Below are positions 51,676 through 61,386 of a stretch of DNA of 64,000 nt, in pieces. Numbering within the stretch: position 1 is the stretch's first letter; every line of letters begins with the position of its first letter. A program made the translations under genes and the position numbers. The notes below the pieces were generated by a model. It saw only the letters and a list, made by a program, of their open reading frames with translations, searched no databases and was not told the origin of the DNA. This stretch comes from Cyanophora paradoxa CCMP329 (Eukaryota; Plantae; Glaucophyta), in the NCBI GenBank assembly GCA_004431415.1, contig QPMI01000479.1, positions 62,001-126,000 of the forward strand. The letters run 5' to 3'.

Positions 51676-51996
51676 TAATTTAACTACTAAAATACATATT
51701 TATCGATTAATTTCTTTAACTTTTTATGCAAACTTTGTATAAATTAATGCAAACTTTGTATTAAAAATGATAAACGCGTTTAATTTAATGCATATTCACG
51801 ATTGATTCGATCGATATTATATCGATATATTATGTTCTTTGTCGATTACATATATAACTTCGATTGATTAACATTAAACTACTTAAAGAACGATATAATC
51901 GCGATTAATTCGCATAAATTCGCATAAATTCGCATAAACTCGATATATCTCTCTGGTATTGAAGTAGACCACCGCCCATTCTGTATCGAAAAACGC

Positions 51997-52260
51997 AAAA
52001 AGTGTCACAGAGTTGCATCATGTCCAATTAAACAATCGATGGAATTGCGGATTTACATTTTTGCACCGAAAAAGTGTCACAGAGTTGCATTATGTCCAAT
52101 TAAACAATTGAAGAGATTGCGCGATTTTCTATTGGAATATATCGGAACTGCATCACGTCCAATTAAACAATCGATGAGATTGCGGATTTACATTTTTGCA
52201 CCGAAAAAGTGTCACAGAGTTGCATGGTCTCCAATTGATCAATCGATTAGATTGCAGATG
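51997..52260. repeat. Subterminal imperfect tandem repeats (about 63-72 bp, four cores)
   Basis: Recurring aaaaagtgtcacagagttgcat..tccaattaaacaatcgat..attgc; repeated at about 58778-59040. Confidence 0.85.
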
Positions 52261-52368
52261 TTCTATAAAACAGAATAAATGAAATCAAGTGTGACAGATA
52301 GTATTCAAATGATATTCAGTAAGATATATTTCTGTTTTTGAGAAGAGTAGTAAGGGGGGCAGAATGTC

Positions 52369-52804
52369 TGTGACGCCTGTGACGGCTGTGACGCCTGTTT
52401 TCAGAAGTCTGTCATTTTTGAAAATTTTAAAAAGTTTGAAAGTAGGCGTCACAGGCGTCACAGGCGTCACACTCAATTAATTTAGGTGTCACAGCGAAAT
52501 TGCAGACCATTTCCAGTAAGACAACTTCGCATTTTCGGAAAGGTGGATTAATGGATAGTGTTTTGTAGGTGTCAGAGGTGTCACAAGACGGATTTCAGTA
52601 AGACAAGAATATATTTTTGAATATCTCAGTAAGAGAAAGAGATTCCATTTTTAATTGGGTGTGACGCCTGTGACGGCTGTGACGGCTGTTTTAAGAAGTC
52701 TGTCATTTTTGAAAATTTTAAAAAGTTTGAAAGTAGGCGTCACAGGCGTCACAGGCGTCACAGTCAATTAAAGAGGCGTCACAGTCAATTAAATAGGTGT
52801 CACA
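52369..52804. promoter_or_regulatory. Duplicated inverted iteron-like array (putative replication origin), copy 1
   Basis: TGTGAC at 52369/52378/52387, AT-rich spacer, GTCACA at 52448/52457/52466. The module is repeated 291 bp later (52660-52762) with extra GTCACA at 52778 and 52799. Confidence 0.6.
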
Positions 52805-52863
52805 CCCGATTATCTGACCATTTTCAGTAAGACCATCTGAAATTCTGAATTTCTCAGTGTCAA

Positions 52864-53265
52864 CTAACTCGGAAATCGCAATACTCTATGTTTCTCCGAT
52901 TTCTCCAACCCTGAAAACACACCTGTTATTCTCTCATCTATCTCATGAGATACTCTCGTGGTTTTCCTCTCTGCTTCTAATCCACAACTGAATATATCAA
53001 TCGCCAACATACCTTCATTTGAGTAACAATGAGCAGTGCAATGGCTCTCATCCAGCAGAAGAACCATTGCAAAACCAGGAGGAGAAATACCACCATCGAA
53101 AATCTCGCAATGCTTGTGAACTACTCGAATACCTTGCTCTTGAATAATAGTTTGCAAGAACTGCATTAACCACCTGGTTGTTGTCTCCAAGTCCTCCATT
53201 CCTACTGCTAATTGGGTTCTGAATTTGTAATCCAGCATCACATGGAAACCTCGATGAGTATTCAT
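52864..53265 (-). CDS. speD: S-adenosylmethionine decarboxylase proenzyme, short prokaryotic/viral class 1B type
   Basis: 133 aa; GFAMVLLLDESHCTAHCYSNEGMLAIDIFSCG matches the ESH self-cleavage (pyruvoyl) motif and the D.F.CG motif. Confidence 0.88.
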   Translation of the reverse strand: MNTHRGFHVMLDYKFRTQLAVGMEDLETTTRWLMQFLQTIIQEQGIRVVHKHCEIFDGGISPPGFAMVLLLDESHCTAHCYSNEGMLAIDIFSCGLEAERKTTRVSHEIDERITGVFSGLEKSEKHRVLRFPS

Positions 53266-53305
53266 TTATGAATAATTTAGAAAAATTAAAAACGCGAATG
53301 GTAGA

Positions 53306-53455
53306 ATGCGAACCATCTTAGCAAGAGTGCTACCTTATGAGTTGGTGGATATCATTCTGCTGCACTACCACAAGACCTGTCCCAGCTGCTTTGACACATG
53401 CATAATCACAAAGGGAAAATGGGGAAAGATTCTCATTTCTCTCTCAAAGATCTAA
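53306..53455 (+). CDS. 49-aa ORF with F-box-like LPxELxxxIL start and CxxC
   Basis: MRTILARVLPYELVDIILLHYHKTCPSCFDTC..; fills the gap between neighbours and its TAA overlaps the TAG of the convergent gene. Below the ORF-track cutoff. Confidence 0.5.
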   Translation: MRTILARVLPYELVDIILLHYHKTCPSCFDTCIITKGKWGKILISLSKI

Positions 53456-53724
53456 TCGAAATATAATACTACTGGTTTATCATCTATCACGATTCCTGAT
53501 GTCGTCTTTTTTCTATATGCATGAGAGGATTTCTTGTTGCATTCTCTGCATCCACTTCCCCTTACATGATTAAATGGGTAGGTTTGCAGGATCTTGTTGC
53601 ATTTAAGGCATCTAACAGAGACCTTCTCTTGTGCTTTCTTATAGACTGTCTCACTATAATCGAATTTAGCATCACCATGAACCATCATTGCAGATTCTAT
53701 GAATTTCTTTGTTTTATCATCCAT
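53452..53724 (-). CDS. Stand-alone Zn-ribbon protein (DUF723/CapR-like module of viral homing-endonuclease-type proteins)
   Basis: FIESAMMVHGDAKFDYSETVY..KVSVRCLKCNKILQTYPFNHVRGSGCREC. Confidence 0.7.
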   Translation of the reverse strand: MDDKTKKFIESAMMVHGDAKFDYSETVYKKAQEKVSVRCLKCNKILQTYPFNHVRGSGCRECNKKSSHAYRKKTTSGIVIDDKPVVLYFD

Positions 53725-53753
53725 CCCTCTCTCTATATATATACCTGAGATTT

Positions 53754-54583
53754 CTATGGAGCAGTATCCTGTCCGAAAATGGGGAAGTAGCGATTTGTGC
53801 CGTAATATTCTGCATATGTATTCTGTTTTGCAATAGCATCGGTTCTCTCAGCATAGAGAATGCATTTGTAGATACCAAACCTGGTGGCTCTCACCAAGAA
53901 CTGGTAATCTTCAAGACCGAAATTCACTCCATGATAAGCAATTCCGAAATTGTCATATGGCGTGATCACAACTGCAATATTTGGGGTTCCACCCTCTACT
54001 TGACAGACAGCATAAACATCTGGTGGGATATCGACAACCACCTTGTAGTGGTCACCAATCTCAACAAGAGAATCAACTACTGATGTCTGCTCATTCACAA
54101 CAATTGGGAAGATCTTGATAATATATGGTGCATTCATACTGGGGACATAGGTGCGAATTCTGGTGTTGGGATCAATGGGATTGGGTTGATCATTTACGAA
54201 AAGAGGCGCACCAACAGCTCCACCAATCCGAAGACCATCACCAATATATGCTCCCCCGTTTTGCAGTTAATAGCTCCCGACCGAGATTCAAAAGAATAAG
54301 TAGAAAGAGGATCACCATAACTGTCTGGGTCTCCATAGTGGGCAGAAAAGTTTGCATTTGTGACAAGGAGTTTCGTTGTCTTAACTATACCATTATTTTT
54401 ATCACACCTGAGTTCTTGCAATCTCAGTTTGTGGGTGGAACCAAATGTATTCATTGTGGGTTGCACTTCTGTGGATTGGAGACCTTCTACATCATCAAAG
54501 GTAGCATGCTGCAAAACGTGATTTGCAGGTGCTGCTAATGAGAGTTGGGGTGTAATAATTCGTTCTGGTATTGGGGCAGCCAT
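53754..54583 (-). CDS. Putative virion protein A (276 aa), split here by a 1-nt homopolymer deletion near 54253
   Basis: Intact in copy 2 (60533-61363); C5 versus C6 run. Paralogous to the adjacent 291-aa ORF. Confidence 0.65.
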
Positions 54584-54584
54584 T

Positions 54585-55460
54585 TTACATTAAAGTGATA
54601 TATAATTTATGGGTTGGGTCATCAATCACATCTGGTTCCTGGTAAAACCCTGTTGTGAAGATATCTGCAACGTTTACCCCTCGAAGTGCCGAAACAGCTG
54701 CTATATCTGTCCTCAGTCCCATAATCATAGTATTGTAAACTCCAACCTCAGTTACAAACAAATCATAGGTAAATGTCAAATTGTTATAAACACAATATCC
54801 TCGACCGAAATGGTTTGATGCTTGAACAAAGAATAGGTAATTATGACCTGTTTGATTGTTGTTTGCTCTGCACATAGATAGCATTGCTGTGGGAAGCGGA
54901 ATATTTCTTCTTACTCGATCAGTTCCTGTTATAATAACCAATTCCGAATTTTCAAGAGTGACAGAGGAAGCAACATAGAAATGTAGAAAAGGTTGCTGTG
55001 CAACTGGTGTATAGAAACGTATTCGTTGGGGATTCTCTACATTTTGTTCAAGAGTATCTGGGACATCATTATACGAAATGGAGGATGAGAGTTGACCTGA
55101 CACTCTGCAACCTCCCCCAATAAATGCTCCTCCTGATCTCACAGTAACAGCAGCAGTATTCTTATCGAAATCAAGGGCTTTTAAATCTACACTGTATGCA
55201 TCAGGACCTCCATTTGTCGGTTGAAAGAAGTTAGCATTTGTTACAAGTAGTCGTGTGGTTTTAACTACACCCGAATTCTTATCGGCTCGGAGTTCTTTTA
55301 CACGAATCATCGAGTTTTTATCAAAGGAGTTACCATTAGAATTGGGTCTCTCTGTGGATTCTAAACCGCGAACTTCATCATTAACTTCATGTTGTCGAAA
55401 GTGCATAGCTGGCGATCCAAGCGAATAAATGGGCAGTTGAACTCGATTGTATTCACCCAT
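54585..55460 (-). CDS. Putative virion protein B (291 aa), paralog of protein A
   Basis: Shares ELRxDKNxGxVKTTxLLVTNANF and GGAxIGxGxRxxG with protein A. Its stop abuts the next ATG. Differences between copies are mostly synonymous. Confidence 0.7.
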   Translation of the reverse strand: MGEYNRVQLPIYSLGSPAMHFRQHEVNDEVRGLESTERPNSNGNSFDKNSMIRVKELRADKNSGVVKTTRLLVTNANFFQPTNGGPDAYSVDLKALDFDKNTAAVTVRSGGAFIGGGCRVSGQLSSSISYNDVPDTLEQNVENPQRIRFYTPVAQQPFLHFYVASSVTLENSELVIITGTDRVRRNIPLPTAMLSMCRANNNQTGHNYLFFVQASNHFGRGYCVYNNLTFTYDLFVTEVGVYNTMIMGLRTDIAAVSALRGVNVADIFTTGFYQEPDVIDDPTHKLYITLM

Positions 55461-55509
55461 TGCTTCTTTTACTAAGAAGGATAGAAAAATAAAGGAGAAT
55501 CTAAGTTAA

Positions 55510-58361
55510 TTATGGTATTCCATATGCTGTCCAATGGATTGTGCAAGTGATACTACGACTTTCAGATAGAGTAGGGGATGCTATGAATGTCACATAAATT
55601 GTTGTATATGTAGATGTGGAGTTTGAGATTCCAATTCTAAAATCTACATCCCCGGGGTTTGTTGCAGGAGTTCCTTGAAGAGTGGCATTTACAACAGGTG
55701 TTTGTGTGTAAAAAGCAGGATTCCAATTTAAAACATATGCATGCTGTGTTCTCTGACCCGCGCTTATCACACCACTTGTAGCTTCGTATTTTCCTGATTT
55801 GAAACGTCTTTCTATATCAGACCAAGTTGGAAGTTGGCTAATTGTATTGGTGGTTCCCGAATTCATTGCATAAAATGCTCTTGCATAAGCATTTCCGCGA
55901 CAGAGTAGGGTTTTATCATAGAAGTTTGCTGAATTGTGGAAGAACCAAGTTTCCTCATTTGTAGGCGATGCAGGGGCTACTATTTGACCTGATCCTACAT
56001 ACATAGTATTATTTGCAGTGATTGTATTGGCTGTGAATGGGTCTAAACTTGGGAGATCTGTGATTTCTGATTTAGTATGAGTATGGGCGAAATCTGTAAT
56101 ATTTGCCTTTGTGTGAGTATGGGCAAAGTCGGTGATATCTGATTTAGTGTGAGAGTGAGGTCCGACAGTTGTAGAAGCTGTTGGTTTCCCATAAATGTTA
56201 TCCCAATGCAAGAAGCCGCTATGTGAGGATACAGTGGGGTTCTTGCTCCAACCTACAAGACCCACAAGGTAAATCCTTCCTATTCGCCCTTGAACACCCA
56301 CTTTACTCAGCCCTTCACAATTCACTCCGACATATTGCCTATACTCTACACTTGGGTCACTACCAGGAGAATAAGCATTTACTCTCGAAAGTGTATAAGA
56401 ATTCGTTGATGGATAAACTCCCACAACATCGAAGTATCTGCTATTATATTGACACACATAGAAGATATAGCATGTTTTCATTCCCGCAGGGACAGTCCAT
56501 AACATCTTGTAGCCACTACAATCTTCATCACCAGAAGCCCATGTGTTTGCTCCTGAGTAAGGAGATATAAATGTGAAAAATCTCCAATCGCCTGTGCGAT
56601 CTGTTGAAAGACCATTTGTGGCATCAAAGTTGATGGGGGATGTGTATGTTGGTTTATTTATCAGATCATCGTAATTTCCTGTCGTTGCAACAGTTGCAAG
56701 ATTAGGTCTATCTGTGATATTTGACCAAGCATGAGTATGGGTTGCAGGAGGGAATGTTAAAGGTTTATCTGTGATATTGTTCCATGCATGACTGTGAGTT
56801 TGAAGTGCAACACCCAATTCGGTTTCATCTATATAATTTTTGCTTTGCAGGTAATCGTCTGTGACCACACCTGAAAGGGTCTCGTTGTGCAGGTTTTTAG
56901 CCGCCATTCTCTGATTGGCTTCAATAGCCCCACCTGATAGCGTTTTAATCCAAGCGATCTCAGCTTTACTGTAATTATCAGTTGGTTGCCCAACAAGTGG
57001 AATATAATTGAGTTTATCCCGAGTGAAAACTATCTTAGGTCTTGATCCATCCAAGCTGCTTACATCTGTCACATTCACATGGACAGCTGCTGAGAAGTCT
57101 TGATAACCCGCAGGATTGGAGGGAACACCGAACCCATCCTTTGGAATATCGTTTTTGTAATAGCTTGTCACATAGATATTCGGGAAAGTGTCACCCGGGT
57201 TAACATACGCCATATCTTGCACTCGGAATTGAGGCAAGCTTCGGACAAATAGAGGTCCTGTCATTGCACTGCCCGCATCAGCCCCTTTGAGGTGAACATA
57301 ATGCTCATTCAAAATAGTTCTTTCCGCAATATTGCAGGATTTATAAAGGGAAACCCCATATTCACAGGTTCGACCTTTGAGAATTCAGGTTGGTTATTGA
57401 TCTCATCCCATGTATGCTCATGGGTTGCAGGTGGGAATATTGAAGGTCTATCTGTGATATTCGACCAAGCATGAGTGTGGTTTTGTATCCATCCCTGCAC
57501 CACATTGGATGTTGTGTAGTTTGGAATTATAGCGTTTGAACCTACTATTAAATTTTTAATGTGGACATAGTCAGAAGAAATTCGCAGATTTTCGGGATAA
57601 TAAAGCGATTGCGTTTTTGGGAAGCCGTAATAATCCTGAATATAGTATCTCACCCTTTGCTTCTCTTCAAACGTTAATGCTCTATTGAAAATGATGTATT
57701 CGGCTATATCACCTATGAAATAGTTAACACCCATCCTACTGAAAGTTGAAGGTGGAAGGTAATTTGTTCCTGTAAAGGTTCCTACATCTTGTCCTCTGAT
57801 TCCAAAGGTTATGCTGTTTGAAGTTATGGTGGTGTCCCAATAATTAGCTGAATAATTATTGGGGATGAACTGTGACTGAGGATTTGTATTAACAGGAAGC
57901 CCATCCATTCTCATTGTTAAAAGGCATTTCGGTGTGGTTTTGGCAGGGTCAGTGTTGGAAGTAATGGGGTAATAGGGTGGATCATAGTAGACATCGATTT
58001 CTGTATTTCCGTCTCCTATTTTCAGCTTTCCCTTCACATTCAGGTTACATGTAACTGTAAGATTGCTACCAATCCAAGCGGATCCTGTGTTGCTACTGTT
58101 TATTGATTTCACTGTTCCATGCACATCCAAATTACTTGTGGTAAGATTGCTTGTTATAATAAGATTTCCATCTATTGTTCCCCCTGATTTTGGCAAGTAG
58201 TTGTTGAGCCACCCTAATGTAACATTACTACTTGTGAGAGGAGCCAAGAGTTCGTTTAATGTAGCTGCACTCACCTTCGAGACAAGCCATCCCTGAACAG
58301 TATTTGAAGAGGTTAGAGGAGCTATTTGAGCATTCACAGTTGCTGTATCAGCCTTAGTAGC
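55510..58361 (-). CDS. Phage-tail-fibre-like protein, 5'-truncated; ORFs 57309-58367 and 55510-57312 are probably one gene
   Basis: YLPKSGGTIDGNL; LamG-like YFIGDIAEYIIFNRALTFEE; repeats H.HAW.NITD.P and HTHTK..ITD; C-terminal F..TPVV.ATL...IHWTAYG (H-type-lectin-like tip). Confidence 0.75.
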
Positions 58362-58456
58362 ACACATATTGAAAAACGAATTTAAATCCCTCGTTCATCT
58401 CGATCGCTTCGCGATCTCGATTCACTCTGGATTTAAATTCGTTTTTCAATATGTGT
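58362..58456 (-). repeat. 95-nt terminal imperfect palindrome, copy 2
   Basis: Identical to 51581-51675. Confidence 0.95.
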
Positions 58457-59149
58457 TAATTTAACTACTAAAATACATATTTATCGATTAATTTCTTTAA
58501 CTTTTTATGCAAACTTTGTATAAATTAATGCAAACTTTGTATTAAAAATGATAAACGCGTTTAATTTAATGCATATTCACGATTGATTCGATCGATATTA
58601 TATCGATATATTATGTTCTTTGTCGATTACATATATAACTTCGATTGATTAACATTAAACTACTTAAAGAACGATATAATCGCGATTAATTCGCATAAAT
58701 TCGCATAAATTCGCATAAACTCGATATATCTCTCTGGTATTGAAGTAGACCACCGCCCATTCTGTATCGAAAAACGCAAAAAGTGTCACAGAGTTGCATC
58801 ATGTCCAATTAAACAATCGATGGAATTGCGGATTTACATTTTTGCACCGAAAAAGTGTCACAGAGTTGCATTATGTCCAATTAAACAATCGATCAGATTG
58901 CGGGATTTTCTATTGGAATATATCGGAACTGCATCACGTCCAATTAAACAATCGATGGAATTGCGGATTTACATTTTTGCACCGAAAAAGTGTCACAGAG
59001 TTGCATGGTCTCCAATTGAACAATCGATTAGATTGCATATGTTCTATAAAACAGAATAATTGAGATCAAGTGTGACAGGTAGTATTCAAATGATATTCAG
59101 TAAGAGATAGTTTTGTTTTTGAGAAAGTCAGTAAGAGGGGTGGAATGTC

Positions 59150-59585
59150 TGTGACGCCTGTGACGGCTGTGACGCCTGTTTTCAGAAGTCTGTCATTTTT
59201 GAAAATTTTAAAAAGTTTGAAAGTAGGTGTCACAGGCGTCACAGGCGTCACACTCAATTAAATTAGGTGTCACAGCGAAATTGCAGACCATTTCCAGTAA
59301 GACAACTTCGCATTTTCGGAAAGGTGGATTAATGGATAGTGTTTTGTAGGTGTCAGAGGTGTCACAAGACGGATTTCAGTAAGACAAGAATATATTTTTG
59401 AATATCTCAGTAAGAGAAAGAGATTCCATTTTTAATTGGGTGTGACGCCTGTGACGGCTGTGACGGCTGTTTTAAGAAGTCTGTCATTTTTGAAAATTTT
59501 AAAAAGTTTGAAAGTAGGCGTCACAGGCGTCACAGGCGTCACAGTCAATTAAAGAGGCGTCACAGTCAATTAAATAGGTGTCACA
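59150..59585. promoter_or_regulatory. Inverted iteron-like array, copy 2
   Basis: Same TGTGAC x3 / GTCACA x3 double module. Confidence 0.6.
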
Positions 59586-59644
59586 CCCGATTATCTGACC
59601 ATTTTCAGTAAGACCATCTGAAATTCTGAATTTCTCAGTGTCAA

Positions 59645-60046
59645 CTAACTCGGAAATCGCAATACTCTATGTTTCTCCGATTTCTCCAACCCTGAAAACA
59701 CACCTGTTATTCTCTCATCTATCTCATGAGATACTCTCGTGGTTTTTCTCTCTGCTTCTAATCCACAACTGAATATATCAATCGCCAACATACCTTCATT
59801 TGAGTAACAATGAGCAGTGCAATGGCTCTCATCCAGCAGAAGAACCATTGCAAAACCAGGAGGAGAAATACCACCATCGAAAATCTCGCAATGCTTGTGA
59901 ACTACTCGAATACCTTGCTCTTGAATAATAGTTTGCAAGAACTGCATTAACCACCTGGTTGTTGTCTCCAAGTCCTCCATTCCTACTGCTAATTGGGTTC
60001 TGAATTTGTAATCCAGCATCACATGGAAGCCTCGATGAGTATTCAT
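59645..60046 (-). CDS. speD: AdoMet decarboxylase proenzyme, copy 2
   Basis: Protein identical to copy 1; two synonymous differences seen. Confidence 0.88.
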   Translation of the reverse strand: MNTHRGFHVMLDYKFRTQLAVGMEDLETTTRWLMQFLQTIIQEQGIRVVHKHCEIFDGGISPPGFAMVLLLDESHCTAHCYSNEGMLAIDIFSCGLEAERKTTRVSHEIDERITGVFSGLEKSEKHRVLRFPS

Positions 60047-60086
60047 TTATGAATAATTTAGAAAAATTAAAAACGCGAATGGTAGA

Positions 60087-60236
60087 ATGCGAACCATCTT
60101 AGCAAGAGTGCTACCTTATGAGTTGGTGGATATCATTCTGCTGCACTACCACAAGACCTGTCCCAGCTGCTTTGACACATGCATAATCACAAAGGGAAAA
60201 TGGGGAAAGATTCTCATTTCTCTCTCAAAGATCTAA
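60087..60236 (+). CDS. 49-aa F-box-like/CxxC ORF, copy 2
   Basis: Identical to 53306-53455. Confidence 0.5.
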   Translation: MRTILARVLPYELVDIILLHYHKTCPSCFDTCIITKGKWGKILISLSKI

Positions 60237-60505
60237 TCGAAATATAATACTACTGGTTTATCATCTATCACGATTCCTGATGTCGTCTTTTTTCTATATG
60301 CATGAGAGGATTTCTTGTTGCATTCTCTGCATCCACTTCCCCTTACATGATTAAATGGGTAGGTTTGCAGGATCTTGTTGCATTTAAGGCATCTAACAGA
60401 GACCTTCTCTTGTGCTTTCTTATAGACTGTCTCACTATAATCGAATTTAGCATCACCATGAACCATCATTGCAGATTCTATGAATTTCTTTGTTTTATCA
60501 TCCAT
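60233..60505 (-). CDS. Zn-ribbon (DUF723-like) protein, copy 2
   Basis: Identical protein to copy 1. Confidence 0.7.
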   Translation of the reverse strand: MDDKTKKFIESAMMVHGDAKFDYSETVYKKAQEKVSVRCLKCNKILQTYPFNHVRGSGCRECNKKSSHAYRKKTTSGIVIDDKPVVLYFD

Positions 60506-60532
60506 CCCTCTCTCTATATATACCTGAGATTT

Positions 60533-61363
60533 CTATGGAGCAGTATCCTGTCCGAAAATGGGGAAGTAGCGATTTGTGCCGTAATATTCTGCATATGTAT
60601 TCTGTTTTGCAATAGCATCGGTTCTCTCAGCATAGAGAATGCATTTGTAGATACCAAACCTGGTGGCTCTCACCAAGAACTGGTAATCTTCAAGACCGAA
60701 ATTCACTCCATGATAAGCAATTCCGAAATTGTCATATGGCGTGATCACAACTGCAATATTTGGGGTTCCACCCTCTACTTGACAGACAGCATAAACATCT
60801 GGTGGGATATCGACAACCACCTTGTAGTGGTCACCAATCTCAACAAGAGAATCAACTACTGATGTCTGCTCATTCACAACAATTGGGAAGATCTTGATAA
60901 TATATGGTGCATTCATACTGGGGACATAGGTGCGAATTCTGGTGTTGGGATCAATGGGATTGGGTTGATCATTTACGAAAAGAGGCGCACCAACAGCTCC
61001 ACCAATCCGAAGACCATCACCAATATATGCTCCCCCCGTTTTGCAGTTAATAGCTCCCGACCGAGATTCAAAAGAATAAGTAGAAAGAGGATCACCATAA
61101 CTGTCTGGGTCTCCATAGTGGGCAGAAAAGTTTGCATTTGTGACAAGGAGTTTCGTTGTCTTAACTATACCATTATTTTTATCACACCTGAGTTCTTGCA
61201 ATCTCAGTTTGTGGGTGGAACCAAATGTATTCATTGTGGGTTGCACTTCTGTGGATTGGAGACCTTCTACATCATCAAAGGTAGCATGCTGCAAAACGTG
61301 ATTTGCAGGTGCTGCTAATGAGAGTTGGGGTGTAATAATTCGTTCTGGTATTGGGGCAGCCAT
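60533..61363 (-). CDS. Putative virion protein A, intact copy
   Basis: Uninterrupted 276-aa ORF. Confidence 0.7.
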   Translation of the reverse strand: MAAPIPERIITPQLSLAAPANHVLQHATFDDVEGLQSTEVQPTMNTFGSTHKLRLQELRCDKNNGIVKTTKLLVTNANFSAHYGDPDSYGDPLSTYSFESRSGAINCKTGGAYIGDGLRIGGAVGAPLFVNDQPNPIDPNTRIRTYVPSMNAPYIIKIFPIVVNEQTSVVDSLVEIGDHYKVVVDIPPDVYAVCQVEGGTPNIAVVITPYDNFGIAYHGVNFGLEDYQFLVRATRFGIYKCILYAERTDAIAKQNTYAEYYGTNRYFPIFGQDTAP

Positions 61364-61386
61364 TTTACATTAAAGTGATATATAAT

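Larger units (their letters stand above)
51581..58361 (-). mobile_element. Endogenous virus-like element, copy 1 (terminal 6.8 kb, interrupted by copy 2)
   Basis: Abrupt switch to AT-rich, intron-less, tightly packed ORFs; terminal palindrome; fibre, AdoMetDC and Zn-ribbon genes. Confidence 0.85.

Noticed and set aside
51997-52260. CRISPR-like array
   Set aside because: Units are degenerate tandem repeats without unique spacers; no cas genes.
52039-52476. ORFs MELRIYIF.. and MSVTPVTPVTP.. (and their copy-2 equivalents)
   Set aside because: Translations of the repeat and iteron arrays; differences between copies are not biased to silent sites.
53263-53305. Poxvirus-late TAAATG or mimivirus AAAATTGA promoter
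   Set aside because: TAAATG precedes only one gene and the octamer is imperfect; expected by chance in AT-rich DNA.
55510-55908. Diversity-generating retroelement acting on the fibre tip
   Set aside because: Changes are not adenine-specific, extend into the next gene as silent changes, and no template repeat or reverse transcriptase is visible.
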